Source: Mesotaenium endlicherianum
Taxonomy: Eukaryota
Length of the DNA stretch: 64,000 nt
Assembly: GCA_009602735.1 (NCBI GenBank)
Contig: WELA01001462.1
Coordinates: 505,914-569,913, forward strand
Direction: 5' to 3'
This document shows positions 34,827-48,539 of the stretch, in pieces (the first letter of the stretch is position 1; each line of letters opens with the position of its first letter). The notes beneath the pieces are model-generated. The model did not search any database. It saw only the letters and a list, made by a program, of their open reading frames with translations, and was not told the origin of the DNA. A program made the translations under genes and the position numbers.

Positions 34827-36554
34827 GATATCTTGTGCACACCAGAGGCGAGAAATTGTAGGTTGGGGTGGATTGTTCTTAATATTTCCTCTGGTTAATT
34901 GTATTCCAAATTACTATGTTTCAGCTATTGTTACTTATTGCTGTTATCGAGACTCTTCACTAGGCTGCCAGTTTGGCTCGCAGTCTTATCCTGTTTGCTG
35001 AATGTGTTCATATTACTTGTTGTCCAGGTGCACATCCAGAATCCCGTACATCCTCAGGACTTGCAACGTCGGCAACTTTCCCTATTGCAGCTTCCCCCAG
35101 GTGGACAAGCACCGGTGGCACAGGACATAGTCCAAGCCCCTCAGCTATGTATGTGCAAGACATCAAAGCCAACTTTTTGCACAAGAAAATCATTGATTAG
35201 GACTTCCTCTCGATTTCCTGTGTAGGTGAACCCAGTAGATTAGGGAAGCGCAAAAAGTGATGGGTGAATAAAAGCCTTGTAAATAGCAATATACTTAGCC
35301 CATCCTCTTCGTTTGTAACCACTACGTTGCTAGAAGAGGCGCACTTTGCATTCAACAAGGGTCAACTCTGTACTATTGTGGCACTGCTGTAACGGATATA
35401 CGGCTTGTTAAATGGTTGCCTACATGACACTTTGGCTCACTTGTTCCGATCTTCTTCACTGTTGATATGACCTTGCCTTCCATACAATATGTCTATGTCC
35501 TGGTTTCTTGTTGCTTGGAACAGGTCCTTCACCTTCAACAAGTACATACTAGAACAATCTATTTGAAGTCCGTGACCTTAGGATATAATAAGTGAACTTT
35601 ATTTGAAAGACTAATCTGCAAGGCACTCTGCTTTTGAGTTGATTGTCGAGCGCATGATGGTGAAGCATCATTAATACCACTACCCCAAAAAGGGTCATTG
35701 CTGCGGAAACTCCACCTCACAGCACTGCCTAAGTAATATTTACCCAAGAGCAGCTCATGGACCTGTTCGCCCAATGTGGGCCCTAGTCCTACACCATTCA
35801 CTAGGATCTTAGTATGGTTGGTGGCCTCATATTACAATATTGAATATTTATGTGAATTATGTTTCAAGATGAGATAGAATATATCCGGATGTGATTGAAT
35901 TTGCAAAAGAAGTTCAAAGTAACATAGTAGTCACATCATGTGTCTTGTACTCACTCCACCTATTTGTAAGAAGTGTATTGCTTATTGAAGCAAGGACAAG
36001 TAACAGCAAGACTGTAGTGATTTGAGTTATTTTATATATTAATTTGCATATATTTTAATATTTTCAAATATATTTGGAGTAGTATTATGTGGATTCAAGT
36101 GTGAATAGGTACTCTAGTGACTTGGTTCATGTCCTTTGAACCTTCTAAGGCATTTTCAAAGTTAGAGGAAAGACCTAGAAGAACTCCACGTGGCAAAAGT
36201 CAAATGTGCCATTTTTAGGTCAAAAGGACATGTGTACATTATTCTAGAAAGAGGTGGCAAGTTTTGGGATGTGTTGGGTGCCAACACATCAACATACACC
36301 TTCCTAGAAATTACTTATGTAGCAAGTATATAAACAAGAGCTAGAACATAGAAAGACATTCCAGAATCACTCTTGTACTTGCCAAAACCCAGAAATATAT
36401 TAACTTTCAAGAAGCCATCTCTCTTTCAAGAAGCTACCACTTGTATTCAAAGATCCTTGTCTTGAGTAGATAAAGTATTATATTCCACTAAGTACTTTAT
36501 CTATCTGTTTTACTACAGTGGTATCGGAGCTAGGCACTTTGGTAGCACAAGAAG

Positions 36555-37835
36555 ATGGCCGATCCTCAAGACCAACAGCAAGCTTTCGAAGGAAGCCCTT
36601 CCTCTCCAAGACACCCTCCTCCAGCGCCGATGGGAGAGCCCACTCAAGAAAATCTGCAACAACAAGAAGCACCACAAGGAGGAGCACACCCTCCTCCAGC
36701 GTCGATGGGAGAGCCTACTCAAGGAAATCTGCAACAACAAGAAGCACCACAAGGAGGAGCACCGTCAAATCCCGTGGCAGCCGCTATAGCAAAGTTGACC
36801 CCACCACAAGGAGTTCCCGCAAATGAGTGGGCAGCCTTCCTAATGACCGTCCACAATCAAGTGGGCTTGGCCACCTATGAAGCAACCGTGCAAGCGTCAA
36901 GAGAAGCTATGGCTTCCATGGTTGCCCCTGTTGCGAGCAATGCTCAAAATCCAGCCCCGGCTCAAGCGCCTCCACAAGAGCCAACGAGAGCAAGGAAACT
37001 CATCAAGCCCTGCAAACCCGACACTTTCAACCCCGGGAAAGGTGCCAACCTGAATTTATGGCTCTACCAAGTGGAGACGTACCTCGCGTTCCTTGAAGTA
37101 CCCGAGGAGGACTACGTTCCCTTTGCCGTTACCTTACTTAGAGGAGCAGCAACATCATGGTGGCGTAACTATCAAGCGGCTATATATCAAGCTATGGCGC
37201 ACCCCATGCTCGGCCAAGAGCCCCCACCATCATATGCAAGATGGGCAGATTTTCGTGAGGCCCTCAAGAAGCAATTCATGCCCATCAATGCGGAGAAGAT
37301 TGCCCGAGGAAAGCTCCACCATCTCAAGCAAACGACGTCCGTTCAAGAGTATACATCCAGATTTCACGCCCTCACTCTTGAGATCCCCAACATGTCTCTC
37401 GAGGAGAAGATTGACCGTTACATCTTTGGCCTCAAACCCAAGGTGGCAAAGGAAGTGGAGTTACGCGACTTGACGGACTTCTCAAAGATCATTGAAGTGG
37501 CCCAAAAGGTGGATACCTTGGATTTCAAGCACTCCGTGCCTTCATCTTCACGGGTACCGACGACGCGGGTGTACGCAGCCCCTTCCACATCCGAATCTGG
37601 ACCCACACCCATGGAAATCGGAGTTATTAAAAGGGACCCCGCGGCTGCCCGGAAGAGTGGAAGACCCTCCAATGACACTTATGATGCAAGAAACCAGCAA
37701 GGAGTGAAAGCAAGACTCTCCCCGGCTGAAAAAGAAGCTCTCATGACGGCTGGACTATGCTTCTATTGCAAGGAAAAGGGCCATCGTGCACTTTCATGCC
37801 CCAAAAAGTTGTCAAAAAACGGACAGCGCCGGTAG
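36555..37835 (+). CDS. gag: Gag (B1), 426 aa
   Basis: Retrotransposon gag core ([19 protein letters not shown]), GPTPMEIG and zinc knuckle [14 protein letters not shown]. Confidence 0.93.
   Translation: MADPQDQQQAFEGSPSSPRHPPPAPMGEPTQENLQQQEAPQGGAHPPPASMGEPTQGNLQQQEAPQGGAPSNPVAAAIAKLTPPQGVPANEWAAFLMTVHNQVGLATYEATVQASREAMASMVAPVASNAQNPAPAQAPPQEPTRARKLIKPCKPDTFNPGKGANLNLWLYQVETYLAFLEVPEEDYVPFAVTLLRGAATSWWRNYQAAIYQAMAHPMLGQEPPPSYARWADFREALKKQFMPINAEKIARGKLHHLKQTTSVQEYTSRFHALTLEIPNMSLEEKIDRYIFGLKPKVAKEVELRDLTDFSKIIEVAQKVDTLDFKHSVPSSSRVPTTRVYAAPSTSESGPTPMEIGVIKRDPAAARKSGRPSNDTYDARNQQGVKARLSPAEKEALMTAGLCFYCKEKGHRALSCPKKLSKNGQRR
36611..36762 (+). repeat. 75-bp tandem duplication in the B gag N-terminus
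   Basis: HPPPA(P/S)MGEPTQ(E/G)[12 protein letters not shown] occurs twice; also present in B2. Confidence 0.85.
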
Positions 37836-40800
37836 GCCAGGAGCCTACCACCCCAAGACCCACTTCACGAGAAGGCAACACGCCAAGTGAGGTGGAGACC
37901 CCCGTTGAAGACGACGTTCCAGCCCCAATGAGTTTGAGAGGTTACCTTGGAGGAGAGAAGGTCCACATCTTGGTGGATAGCGGAGCTCAAGGCAACTTCA
38001 TTGCTGCAGATTTTGCCACCAAGCACGGTATTACTATGCGAACTCTTGACCACGACGAGGAGATTATGATGCCCGATGGATTCTCCTATACTACCCCTTC
38101 CAAGAAGACGTACCCCTTGGCACTCTCTATCAAGTCCTTCAAGGATAGAGTAGTGTTCTCCCCCATGCAATTGGGCAAGTACGACGTCATCCTAGGGACG
38201 CCTTGGTTGACCAAGCACAACCCCCAAGTTGATTGGAGGACCGGTACTATCAAGATCAAGAATGACATCACTTCAAGAATCTGTATTTTGCGCGCAATCC
38301 AGAATATCCAGACCCAAGACATCCAGAAGCCGGCACACGAGATACTATTGTCCGCCCTCCAACTCAAGAGACTTGTGAGGAAGGGACACGAGCTTCTTTT
38401 GGCCTTGATCACGCCAAAAGACATCAAGAAAGACATCGAGAGTCAAGAAGGCAGCCCCGTTCCCAAGGAGATACAAGAAGTCTTTGAGGACTACAAAGAA
38501 GTGTTCTCCCCGGAATTGCCCAAGGGCCTACCCCCCAAAAGATTCGTAGACCACAAGATAGAGTTGGAGCCCGGAAGCAAGCCCATCTCTCGGCCTACGT
38601 TCAAAATGTCATACACGGAGCTAGACGAAGTCAAGAAGCAAATCAAGGAGCTACTGGAGCATGGCTTCATTCGACCTAGCAAGTCGCCATTTGGAGCCCC
38701 GGTGCTATTTGTCAAGAAGAAAGATGGTACCTTGAGGATGTGTGTGGACTATCGCGCCCTCAACAAGATCACCATCAAGAATCGATACCCGCTGCCGCGC
38801 ATGGATGAGCTCATGGACCGGCTGGTTGGAGCCAAGTACTTCACGAAGATTGACTTACGGAGCGGCTACCACCAGATTCGCATCGCAGAACCGGACATAG
38901 AGAAGACGGCATTCAGGACAAGATATGGACATTTTGAGTTCATGGTCCTGCCATTTGGACTCACCAACGCGCCAGCAACTTTCATGACTATGATGAACAC
39001 CATATTTCAGCCCATGTTGGACAGATTTGTGGTGGTATTCATCGATGACATCCTTATCTACAGCAAGACCCTTGAAGAGCATGCGAGACACTTGAAAGAA
39101 GTCCTTGAAGTATTGAAGCAAAACAAGCTATTTGCGAAGGAGTCAAAGTGCGAGTTTGCCAAACAAGAAGTGGAGTTCCTAGGTCTCCACGTGACAGCTG
39201 ATGGCATCAAGATGGACCCCAAGAAGGCCACGGTGGTGAAGGAATGGCCAACCCCCACGACCAAGAAAGAACTCCAATCATTCTTGGGATTTGCCAATTG
39301 GTACAGGAGATTCATCCAGAGCTTCTCGCACATAGCAGCCCCTCTCACGGATCTACAAAAGAAAGACAAGTCATATATTTGGACCAAGAAAGAGGAGGAA
39401 GCATTCCAACAACTGAAACAAAGATTGACGACATCCCCCGTGCTCACACTCCCAAATCCAAACCCAGATTGGCCCTTCCACGTCATCACCGATGCATCTT
39501 CCTATGCAATAGGAGCAATCTTGCTTCAAGACCAAGGCAAGGGACTGCAGCNTACAGCCCATTGCCTACGAGTCAAGGAAGCTAAATCCGGCCGAGCAAA
39601 ATTATACAACCACGGAGCGAGAGGCATTGGCGATTGTACATGCCTTGAAGGTTTGGCGCTGCTACGTTGAAGGACGCAAGGTGCTGATCACTACGGACCA
39701 CGAATCGTTTAAGCACCTCCAGACGCAACCGTATCTCTCAAGGAGACAAGCAAGATGGAGCGGATACTTGCAACAATACAACATCACGGTTCAGTACTAG
39801 CCAGGCAAGACAAACACGGCTGACTCTTTCTCAAGACTGCAATTGAACGCAGTGATGGCATCCCTGAAGACAGATCTCGAAGCTCGATTTTCAGCCGCCT
39901 ATGAAAGAGACCTTACTACAAGAACGGAGAAGCAGCCTTGGACCCATACAAGAAGCAAGAAGGCAATTATTGGGTGAGGCAAGACACGGGCCAGAGATGT
40001 GTTCCTAATGACTTAGACCTCCGGCTCTTGATTCTACGAGAAGCACACGACAACCCTCTTGGAGAAAACTTTGGAATCCTAAAGACCACGGGCTTTCTAA
40101 CCAGGATTTATTGCTGGCCAGGCATGTCTATGCAAGTCAAGGAATACTGCAGGAGCTGTGACACATGCCAAAGAATCAAGCCATTATCGCAAAAGGCGGG
40201 AGGACTCCTCAAGCCACTACCAATCCCCGAAAGACAATGGACGGACATCTCTATGGACCTTATTGTGGACCTGCCCGTGACACCTCGAGGCCATAATGCA
40301 ATACTCACGGTGGTGGACAAACTTACCAAGATGGCTCATTTTATTCCTATGACGACTAAGGCTACAGCACCACAACTTGCAAGACTCATCTTTGACAACA
40401 TCTTCCGACTCCATGGACTCCCATCAAGAATTGTGTCGGATAGAGATCGAAGATTCACAAGCCATTTCTGGAAAAATCTCTTCAAGAACTTGGGTACATC
40501 GCTGGATATATCTACTGCCTACCACCCTCAATCAGATGGGCAAACCGAGCGTATGAATCGTACCCTAAAGACCTCTCTAAAGGCCTACGTGTTTATCCTG
40601 GAGCAAGACTGGGACATGTACTTGACCCCTTTGGGGTTTGCCTACAACAACACTGCGCAAGCCTCAACCCAAGAGTCCCCATTCTTCCTCAACTATGGCT
40701 TCCATCCGACCACGCCACTGAGCTTCACGGCAGGCCATGATGAAGTATCTGCAGCCACAAATTTTATGGAGACATTAGAAGCAGCCCTTACAGTAGCGAA

Positions 40801-41428
40801 GAAAGCTTTACAACACACGCAAGATGCTCAAGCAAGAGTGGCGAACAGATCCAGAAGAGAAATTACGTACAGAGTGGGTGACTTCGTGTTACTATCATCC
40901 AAGAATATTTCCCTGAGCAACAGCCTTGCCGGCAGCAAGTTCTCTCCCAAGTATTTGGGACCCTTCAAGATTATCCAGCAAGTCAACCCCGTTGCTTTCA
41001 AGCTAGAACTTCCCCAGACTATGCACATCGACCCCGTATTCCATGCTTCCCTCTTCAAGCCATATGTGCAACCCGACAACAAGTTCCCAGGACGTGTGAC
41101 AACCCCACCAGCCCTAAGAGTAGTGGATGATCATTTGGAGTACAAAGTGGAAGACATAGTGGCTATGAGAAATTTCAGGAGACAGCAGCAATACTTGATC
41201 AAGTGGAAAGGATATCCAGATTCGGAGAATAGTTGGGTGGCGGCGCACTACCTTGACAAAGTTCAGAGAAAGTTGAAGCGCTTCCATGCCGCCAACCCCC
41301 ATCTTGGACCAGCCCCAAGTCTCTCTACTAGAAGCCCGAAGACTTCAGGGAGGCAGCCTGTCACCATCAAGAAGCAGCAGAAGACCCCTTGGAGGCAGCC
41401 TGCAAGAACAAGAAAGAGGAAAAATTGA
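37757..41428 (+). pseudogene. pol: Pol (B1), broken into two ORFs
   Basis: ORFs 37757..39670 and 39938..41428 align to the intact B2 pol. Frameshift at N39552 (possibly an assembly artefact), TAG at ~39798 and a 1-nt deletion near 39912. Confidence 0.88.
37814..37849 (+). promoter_or_regulatory. Putative -1 ribosomal frameshift signal (B1 gag-pol)
   Basis: Slippery A AAA AAC in the gag frame (37814-37820) with pol in the -1 frame. Downstream hairpin GGTAGGC-CAGGA-GCCTACC. Confidence 0.75.
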
Positions 41429-42916
41429 CATCAGACACTCTTCTCTTCTCGCAGTTTCTGGACNTCTCTTCTCGCAATTTCTGGACAGAATACTAAAACT
41501 GCTACTGGTGATAGGTCTTTGCAAAATAAATTCTGAAAATTTATTTGAATGTATTCCATGAGTAGCCAATCATTTAGAGTCCAAGTTTGCTCAATTTGGA
41601 GCATTGGTGAGAGAGATATGATGCTCCAAGTAAAAGGGGGTCAGGCTGCTGGCATTGGTAGGGCAAAATATGCCTTCTGACATTGTGCCCTCCCCTGAAC
41701 TTGGAATGCTTTGAAACTCAAGACTCTGGTAGAACATCTTACAACGCCCAGTTTGAGACTTAGTTTGCAGAATTTGAAAAAGCATAGAAGGAGTTATCAT
41801 TTTCAGAAGTTTCTGCACAGATGTGGAGGAGTGCCTACTCTCTCAGCTCTCAACGACACTGCAAAGATTAGATTGCTCTCAAATTTGGTGCCCCGGTAAA
41901 GTTCTCCAATGCAGTCCGTTTGGCACTCGATTTTTTAGATTTGAAGCAGTTTCGTGGACGCTATGAATTTTTGAATTCGTGGCAGATTCTGGGCCAATTT
42001 GTACAATTTTCTTTATCATTAAGGAGTAGGCTAGCCAATAAGGTCACACCACCTACGACCTTGCCTAGTCTACCTTACATATGTAGCACCTGACTTGGCG
42101 CCTTGGACTACTCCTCTTCACATGTGTGGCATCTGCCTTGAAGCTGTTGACTAGTCTGCTCCACATGTGTAAGACCTTACTTGACGCGCCGAGACGTCGC
42201 TTTTTTTGTCGGGGGGGTGATGTAGTGATTTGAGTTGTTTATATATTAGTTTGCATATATTTTAATGTTTTCAAATATATTTGGAGTAGTATTGTGTGGA
42301 ATTCAAGTGTGAATAGGTACTCTAGTGACTTGGTTCATGTCCTTTGAACCTTCTAAGGCATTTTCAAAGTTAGAGAAAAGATCTAGAAGAACTCCACGTG
42401 GCAAAAGTCAAATGTGCCATTTTTAGGTCAAATGATATGTGTACATTATTCTAGAAAGAGGTGGCAAGTTTTGGGATGTGTTGGGTGCCAACACATCAAC
42501 ATACATCTTCCTAGAAATTACTTATGTAGCAAGTATATAAACAAGAGCTAGAACATAGAAAGACATTTCAGAATCACTCTTGTACTTGCCAAAATCCAAA
42601 ATCATATTAACTCTCAAGAAGCCATCTCTCTTTCAAGAAGCTACCACTTGTGTTCAAAGATCCTTGTCTTGAATAGATAAATTATTATATTCCACTAAGT
42701 ACTTTATCTATCTGTTTTACTACAAAGACACACGATAGCAATTAGAAGGATATCATATAAGCAAGTGTACCTTTTACACATTATTGGGGAATGTGCTTCA
42801 ATGTCTTTTTCAGCAAGAAGACATACTAAGTCATAATCTTCGCATATATTTTTATCCGGCCTATTCTGCATTGCTGTATCCTCTCTCTACGTATCAAGAC
42901 ATTATCGCTATATCAC

Positions 42917-45040
42917 CTACTTGCAAAAACCACTTGAGTAGCCTACGCATGGTTTCTGGCTGCACATTGAGGCACGTAGGCGCGCCCCTAAATGTGCCCA
43001 TTTTGTGAGCGTAAGCAAAGCTGTACACTTTGCAGTAATCGCTCTGAACTTCCTAGCGTTGATAAATTTCACTCCATACCAATTGTGACCTGGCCAGTCA
43101 CGCACATGATGTAGTGGGCGAAAACTGCCGGCTAGGTGGTGGCTGCAGGTGCAGTAGATGGTCACTGCTGGGTGGCCACGAAGGTCTGCAAGCCCTCCTA
43201 TGAACCTGAGCAGTGGTCAGTTGGCAATCACCAAAGTCTCCAGTGATTGAGCCCAAGGTCCATGCAAGAACAGAGTTGGGCATTTCGCTGGACTGTCTGC
43301 GTTGTATAGCCAGTCATCATGCAAGTGCTTCATCGCCTCCAAGAACCACAATTTTGGCCACACAGTCGCACCTCCCGAGGTCAAGCAAAGAGTGCTTGCA
43401 TTAGAAGTAGATTCAGAGAATTCAAAGCCGACACGTTGTGCTGTCAGTGAAATTGCCTCCACGCTATTCAAGCAATTCTTCATTCCACAAATGGAGAGGC
43501 CCCTGAGAGGCAGAGTCCTGAGGGTTTTTGGCAGACCTAGGGGCAGTGGTGGGCAAGGGTCCCCGCGACCCAGACGGCCTGGCTGCCGTTGTACCTCCAG
43601 CGTTGTGAGATTTGTTGTCCTTGCCAACAACTTCAACTCCCCAACCAAATCAGCCTGCGAGTCACACATCCACGGTGGGTTGTGAATTTGGAGAGACAAG
43701 ACATAGTACACACGTTTCAGAATAAATGCATGTGGCTGCCCTTTCGTTGTGCTATGAAGGCGTACAAGATAATAGTAATAGGGAAGATGCATACCTCGTT
43801 GCATGTAAGAATCAGCTCCTTCATTATTGACATGGACTGCGAAGTGGCCAACACACTGGATGGCTCGACCCTGCTTGGAGTTACATTCAGAGCAACAAGA
43901 GTGGAGCACCTGGCCAGCCACTCAGGAGCAAAAGCCCACGCCCATTCTGCCGGAAAGGCAAGAGCAAACGCTTGCAATCGTGGTAAATGCATGATGGTTG
44001 GGCTGATTCAAAGCTCCCGCCCTACACACGGTCCACTTCCAGCTCTTCTTATGTGTCTGCAAGCCAAAGTCCATGCTCTTGAGGTATGACAGCTCCCTCA
44101 TGGAGCCAACATACTCTGCGTAACCCTCGGTATCAGATATGCATGCTTTGTCGTAAACGATGCTGAGGTGGCGCACGTTCTTCTTCCTCCTCACAAACTC
44201 CGCCAGGTGCTGCATGATTACTGCACATTCCTCCACAATGAAAGTAAAGGACAAGATCTAGGGATACCAGTTCCCCAGCCTTCCCAGGAAGTTGGCATTA
44301 TCTGTGCCGCACCTGAGGTGTATCCAAACATTTGTCACGTTCTTCAGCTTGCCCAGTCCTTGGACAACTTTCTCCCACTCGCTATTCACGTAGTAGGAGG
44401 CAACCTTTTTGCTGCTGTTGAGGACCAAAGTGTGCCACCCCTTGTAGACTCTCATTACATCCCTCAAGCTGCTTTTTTTGTATATCTCTTCGTGGTTTCT
44501 CCAATCTAGCTCCCGTGCACCTTCAAGCACAATGTCCTGCATCATCTCCGCGCCTAGGTGGGAGATGTGCGCGCCCTTCTTTTGTCTCTCTTCATCTTGG
44601 ATGTAAACTTCTGAAACTTGGTGTTCTCTGTGACCATATATGAAGTCACCCTCACTGCCACACAATGTGCACTCAATTTGGATTATTCTCCCTTTATCTG
44701 GTATGCTGTGTTATTGCGCTGGATCTAAGCACACCGCACACAAGCAATTAGAGGCAATGGAGGGGAATAATATAAGAGAACACACCTCCAGCCACTCTCA
44801 TCCAGTTGTGGATTTGGCACTCCCACTTGGTCAGATTTCCTGGCAAGGCTGTGGAGATTGTGAAAGAAACACTTTAAAGAAGCCTTTTAAACTTAACCCA
44901 TTCAAGGTTTAACTTTATTGTTGAAGCTCACTTGATCCATTGCGTATGCGCGCACGTTGCAGGTTGGCGCTTCAACTCCAGGTGCATGTGGATCTTCTCA
45001 AATATGGCGGACCTCTTTGAAAACAAAGTGCGCACGCTAC
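42917..45040 (-). pseudogene. Decayed host-like gene G1, putative F-box/LRR-like with a Cys-rich N-terminal region
   Basis: ORF pieces 44258..44665, 43922..44254, 43717..43992, 43217..43921 and 42917..43165 are colinear with paralogue G2. F-box-like ISHLGAEMMQDIV...LRDVMRV.K.W followed by LxxLxL-type repeats. Confidence 0.5.
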
Positions 45041-46702
45041 CGTGCTGTGTACAAGGAGCGTTGAAGCCAAAAGGTGAACGAGAAAAGTCCTAAATGATAA
45101 TATTGTTGTGCTCATGGGGTGCTAACTGGCTGACACATTTTTGATTCTTTGATAGTTTTCGCAGGAATTGCAAGGCGGGCGGATGTAAACTGTATTCATT
45201 ACAGCTGAATGTTTCAAAAATTTCAAATAGTTAGTAATCAATGCGCAGCCGAAAAATGGCCGCAACGAACGCCCGAATTCTAAAGGGCTGTATCACACCA
45301 TGCCTTTGCCCCTTACGACCAAGTACAGTCATTATTTGTACAACTGTTGGGTTCACACGCTCTAATGTCACGAAAGGCGTGCATGTGCTGATGTCAACGC
45401 CCAATACAACGCTTGGCACTGCAAATGCATTTATCGGTGCTGTTTTTAATCATTTTTAAATCCAAATTCAGGTCCTAGACCTGTTCGTCCACTGTGACCC
45501 AAGTCCTCCACCATTCGATTGCGTCATAACTTTGTTGGTCGCCTTACTTTACAATATATATGTATATATATATGTAACATTATGTTAAGATACCATATAA
45601 TCAAGCTTCATTGTGCAACCAAATGCTGAAATTGCTGTGCTATTGACTTGCATTATTATTCACACACGGCTTCCTGTTATTTACAAATTACGAATGTGAC
45701 CCCTCCCCCGTGTGTCCAAACTTCAGCAAATATCATGATTGAATTTGGAAAAAAACTAGAGAGTAGCATAGTAGTGAGATCATGTGCTGTTACCTTGTAA
45801 TTATTTAATGTATTCGTACTTATTTAAAAAAACTGAGATTATCCTCTACTACACTGTAAGTAATAGCGCAGTACTTCAATTCATATAAATAGGTTACTTG
45901 TTTGACTTTTAATGCAGCATGTAGCACACCATAAATGTTCACTATGGCCTATGAGTTTTTAGTAAACGACAATATAGTTTCTTATTAAACCAAGTAATTG
46001 TAACAGCAACATACAGCATAGGCTATAGCAATATAGTACAGAAGCAAGTATAGGTACTACACACTTATGCACCATTTTACTTCAAAGATTTTCTCATTCA
46101 CAAGTCTAAGTCATAAGTTATTCGTATGTGCTATAGGACCGCTTTTGAGTTGTAACGGTATATTTGTGGGCCATCTCTATAGGCTGCAGATTGTCTCGTT
46201 ATATGATGCTCTTCATTCGGCTCATTCCGAATTGGTGTCTCCTCTAATTCTGTAGCAAGTAAGTCTCGTTTTATTACCTACTATGAGAAACTCACTTCAG
46301 TAGCCTACGCATGCTTTCTGGCTCCACATTAAGGCAATGCGGGTTACCTCCTTCAAATGCGCCATCTTTGAAAGCTTTGAACGAGCTGTACACGCAGCAA
46401 GATTCGTCCGCGTACCTCTGAGCGTCGACAAATTTCTCTGTATGCCAGTTGGTACCTAGCCAGTCACGCATCCACTCAACTGGACAAAAACTTCCAGCGT
46501 TACTCCAGTTGCAGGTGCAGTAGATGGTCATTGCTGGATGGCTACAAAGGTCTGCCAGCCCTTGTATGAACCTCACCAGTCGACAGTTGCCCACCACTAA
46601 AGTCCCTAGTGATTGAGCCCAGGCCCCATTCAAGGGCAGAGGTGGGCAATCAACCAAATTGTCTGCGTTAAACAGCCAGTCAACATGCAAGTAGTTCACC
46701 GC

Positions 46703-47408
46703 TGAAAGGGGAAAGGGTGCGGGGAGTGCGCCCACACACACTCACGCACCCTCACCTGCGAGTGGAAGCATGCACGAGGACCTCTCCTAGTTGCATACAC
46801 AAGGTGGAGTGGCCTGGTGGTGTGCCACCCTTGCAAGAGAGAGAGGGCTACATGAGAGAGGAGTGGAAAAGAACTTACTTTATTAAGAAAAGTCGTGTAC
46901 AAGCTAAGAAGGTTAGACTCGTCTAGACTAGACTCCCTCTACTTCTTTGTGCTTCCCATTTATGCTTTAACTCTAAGTGTCCTCTCTAGCAAAGTACCTC
47001 CAGAACCTTCTACTATGGCTCCTTCCATGTAGGTGACCTTGCCTAGTTGGACAAGCTAGCACACTCACACGCACGCAATCACACTCTAGAATATTCTACT
47101 ATACAATCCACTAACTCCTCACGAAGTTTCTAGAAATTCTACGATCACTTTGGCACTCTACGTAGTTTTTGGAACTTTCATGTTTCAATATTCTACTTTC
47201 TGGACTCCAACCGAAATTTTTGTCACTGAACCTGTCCTTGTCACTCAATTGAATCTGTGACACTAAAACTCACTAAAAACTCCCAAAATTCATAACTTTC
47301 TCAATACTTGTCCAAATGACTTGAAATAAAGACCAAAGTTCTTCTAAAATCACACTTTATGCATATAGAATGCTAGAAAGATACAAACTACACTTTGATA
47401 ACCTCACA
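46703..47408. mobile_element. Solo LTR, family E
   Basis: TG...CA termini (TGAAAGGGG...CCTCACA). Perfect TSD ACCGC (46698-46702 / 47409-47413). Absent from paralogue G1. Confidence 0.88.
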
Positions 47409-48539
47409 ACCGCCCGCAAGAACTCAAATCCTGGCCAGATAGGGGCACCTCCCAAGGTCAAGCAAACAGTGGTAGCGTTGGGAGTAGATTGAAAGAATTC
47501 AAAGCCTACACGTGTTGTTGTCAGGGCAAATGCCTCAACGTCGTCCAAGCAACTCTCAAGTCCAAAAAAGAGTGGCCCCTGAGAGTCAGAGCTCTCAAGA
47601 TTTTTGGCAGACGCAGGGGCAGTGGCGGGCGAGGGTCCCTGCGATTGTGACGGCCAGCCTTCCATTCCACCTCCAGCGTTGTCAAACTTGTATTCCTTGC
47701 CAACAACATCTGCTCCTCAATCAAGTTGTCCTGCGAATCACACATCCATGATGAGTTGTGAACTTAGAGCAAATCTCGTAGTACATATATTTGCATTAAG
47801 AATGCATGTAGGTGCACTTCAGTTATGCTATGAAGGCATGAAAATTATAAATACTAATAAGAATAGGGGAACTGCATCCCTCCTTGCATTCCAGAATCAG
47901 CTGCTTCATTGTCGACATGGATTGCCAAGTGCTCAACACACCACTTGGCTCAAGCCTGCTTGGATTTACATCCAGAGCAACAACTTTTGTGCAACCGGCC
48001 AGCCAGTCGGGCGCAAAAGCCCAGCTCCAATGTGTAGGAAGAGCGAGGGCAAACATTTGCAGCCGTCGTAAATGCTTGATGGTCGGACTAATGGGAAGCT
48101 TCCGATCGGGATGCCCTACAAACGCCCACGATAGATCGGAGAAATCCAGTTCCAACGCTTCTAATGTGTCGGCGGAGCCGAAGTCCATGGTCTGGATGTA
48201 TGACAACTCCCTCCTTGTGCCAACCGCCTCTGCGCACTGCTCTGTATCAGATATGCATGAGTCGTCGTATACAATATTGAGGTGGCGCACGTTTGTTCTC
48301 CTCCTCACAAACTCCGCCAGGTGCTTCATGATGACCACATATTCCTCCACAATGAAATGGAAAGATGTGATCTAGGGGTACCTGTTCCCCAGCCTTCCTA
48401 GGAAGTTGGCACTATCAGTGCCGCACCTGAGGTATATCCAAACGTCTGTCACGTTCTTCAGTTTGCCCAGCCATTGGACAACTTTCTCCCACTTGCTATT
48501 CACGCGGTAGGAGGCAATCTTCTTGTTGGTGTTGAGAAG

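Larger units (their letters stand above)
36013..42724 (+). mobile_element. Ty3/gypsy chromodomain element, family B copy B1 (full length, pol disrupted)
   Basis: LTRs 36013-36517 and 42221-42724. PBS TGGTATCGGAGC 36519-36530. PPT GGGGGGGTGA 42211-42220. Perfect TSD AAGAC. Confidence 0.96.

Noticed and set aside
39545..39560. Biological frameshift or duplication at N39552 (and N41464)
   Set aside because: A single N flanked by duplicated sequence is typical of assembly gap joins.
41591..41818. Antisense 75-aa ORF in the B 3' UTR (also 58293..58520)
   Set aside because: Short, non-ATG start, and shared only between two very similar copies, so there is no evidence of selection.
45553..45577. 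(TA)n microsatellite
   Set aside because: Short, ordinary simple repeat.
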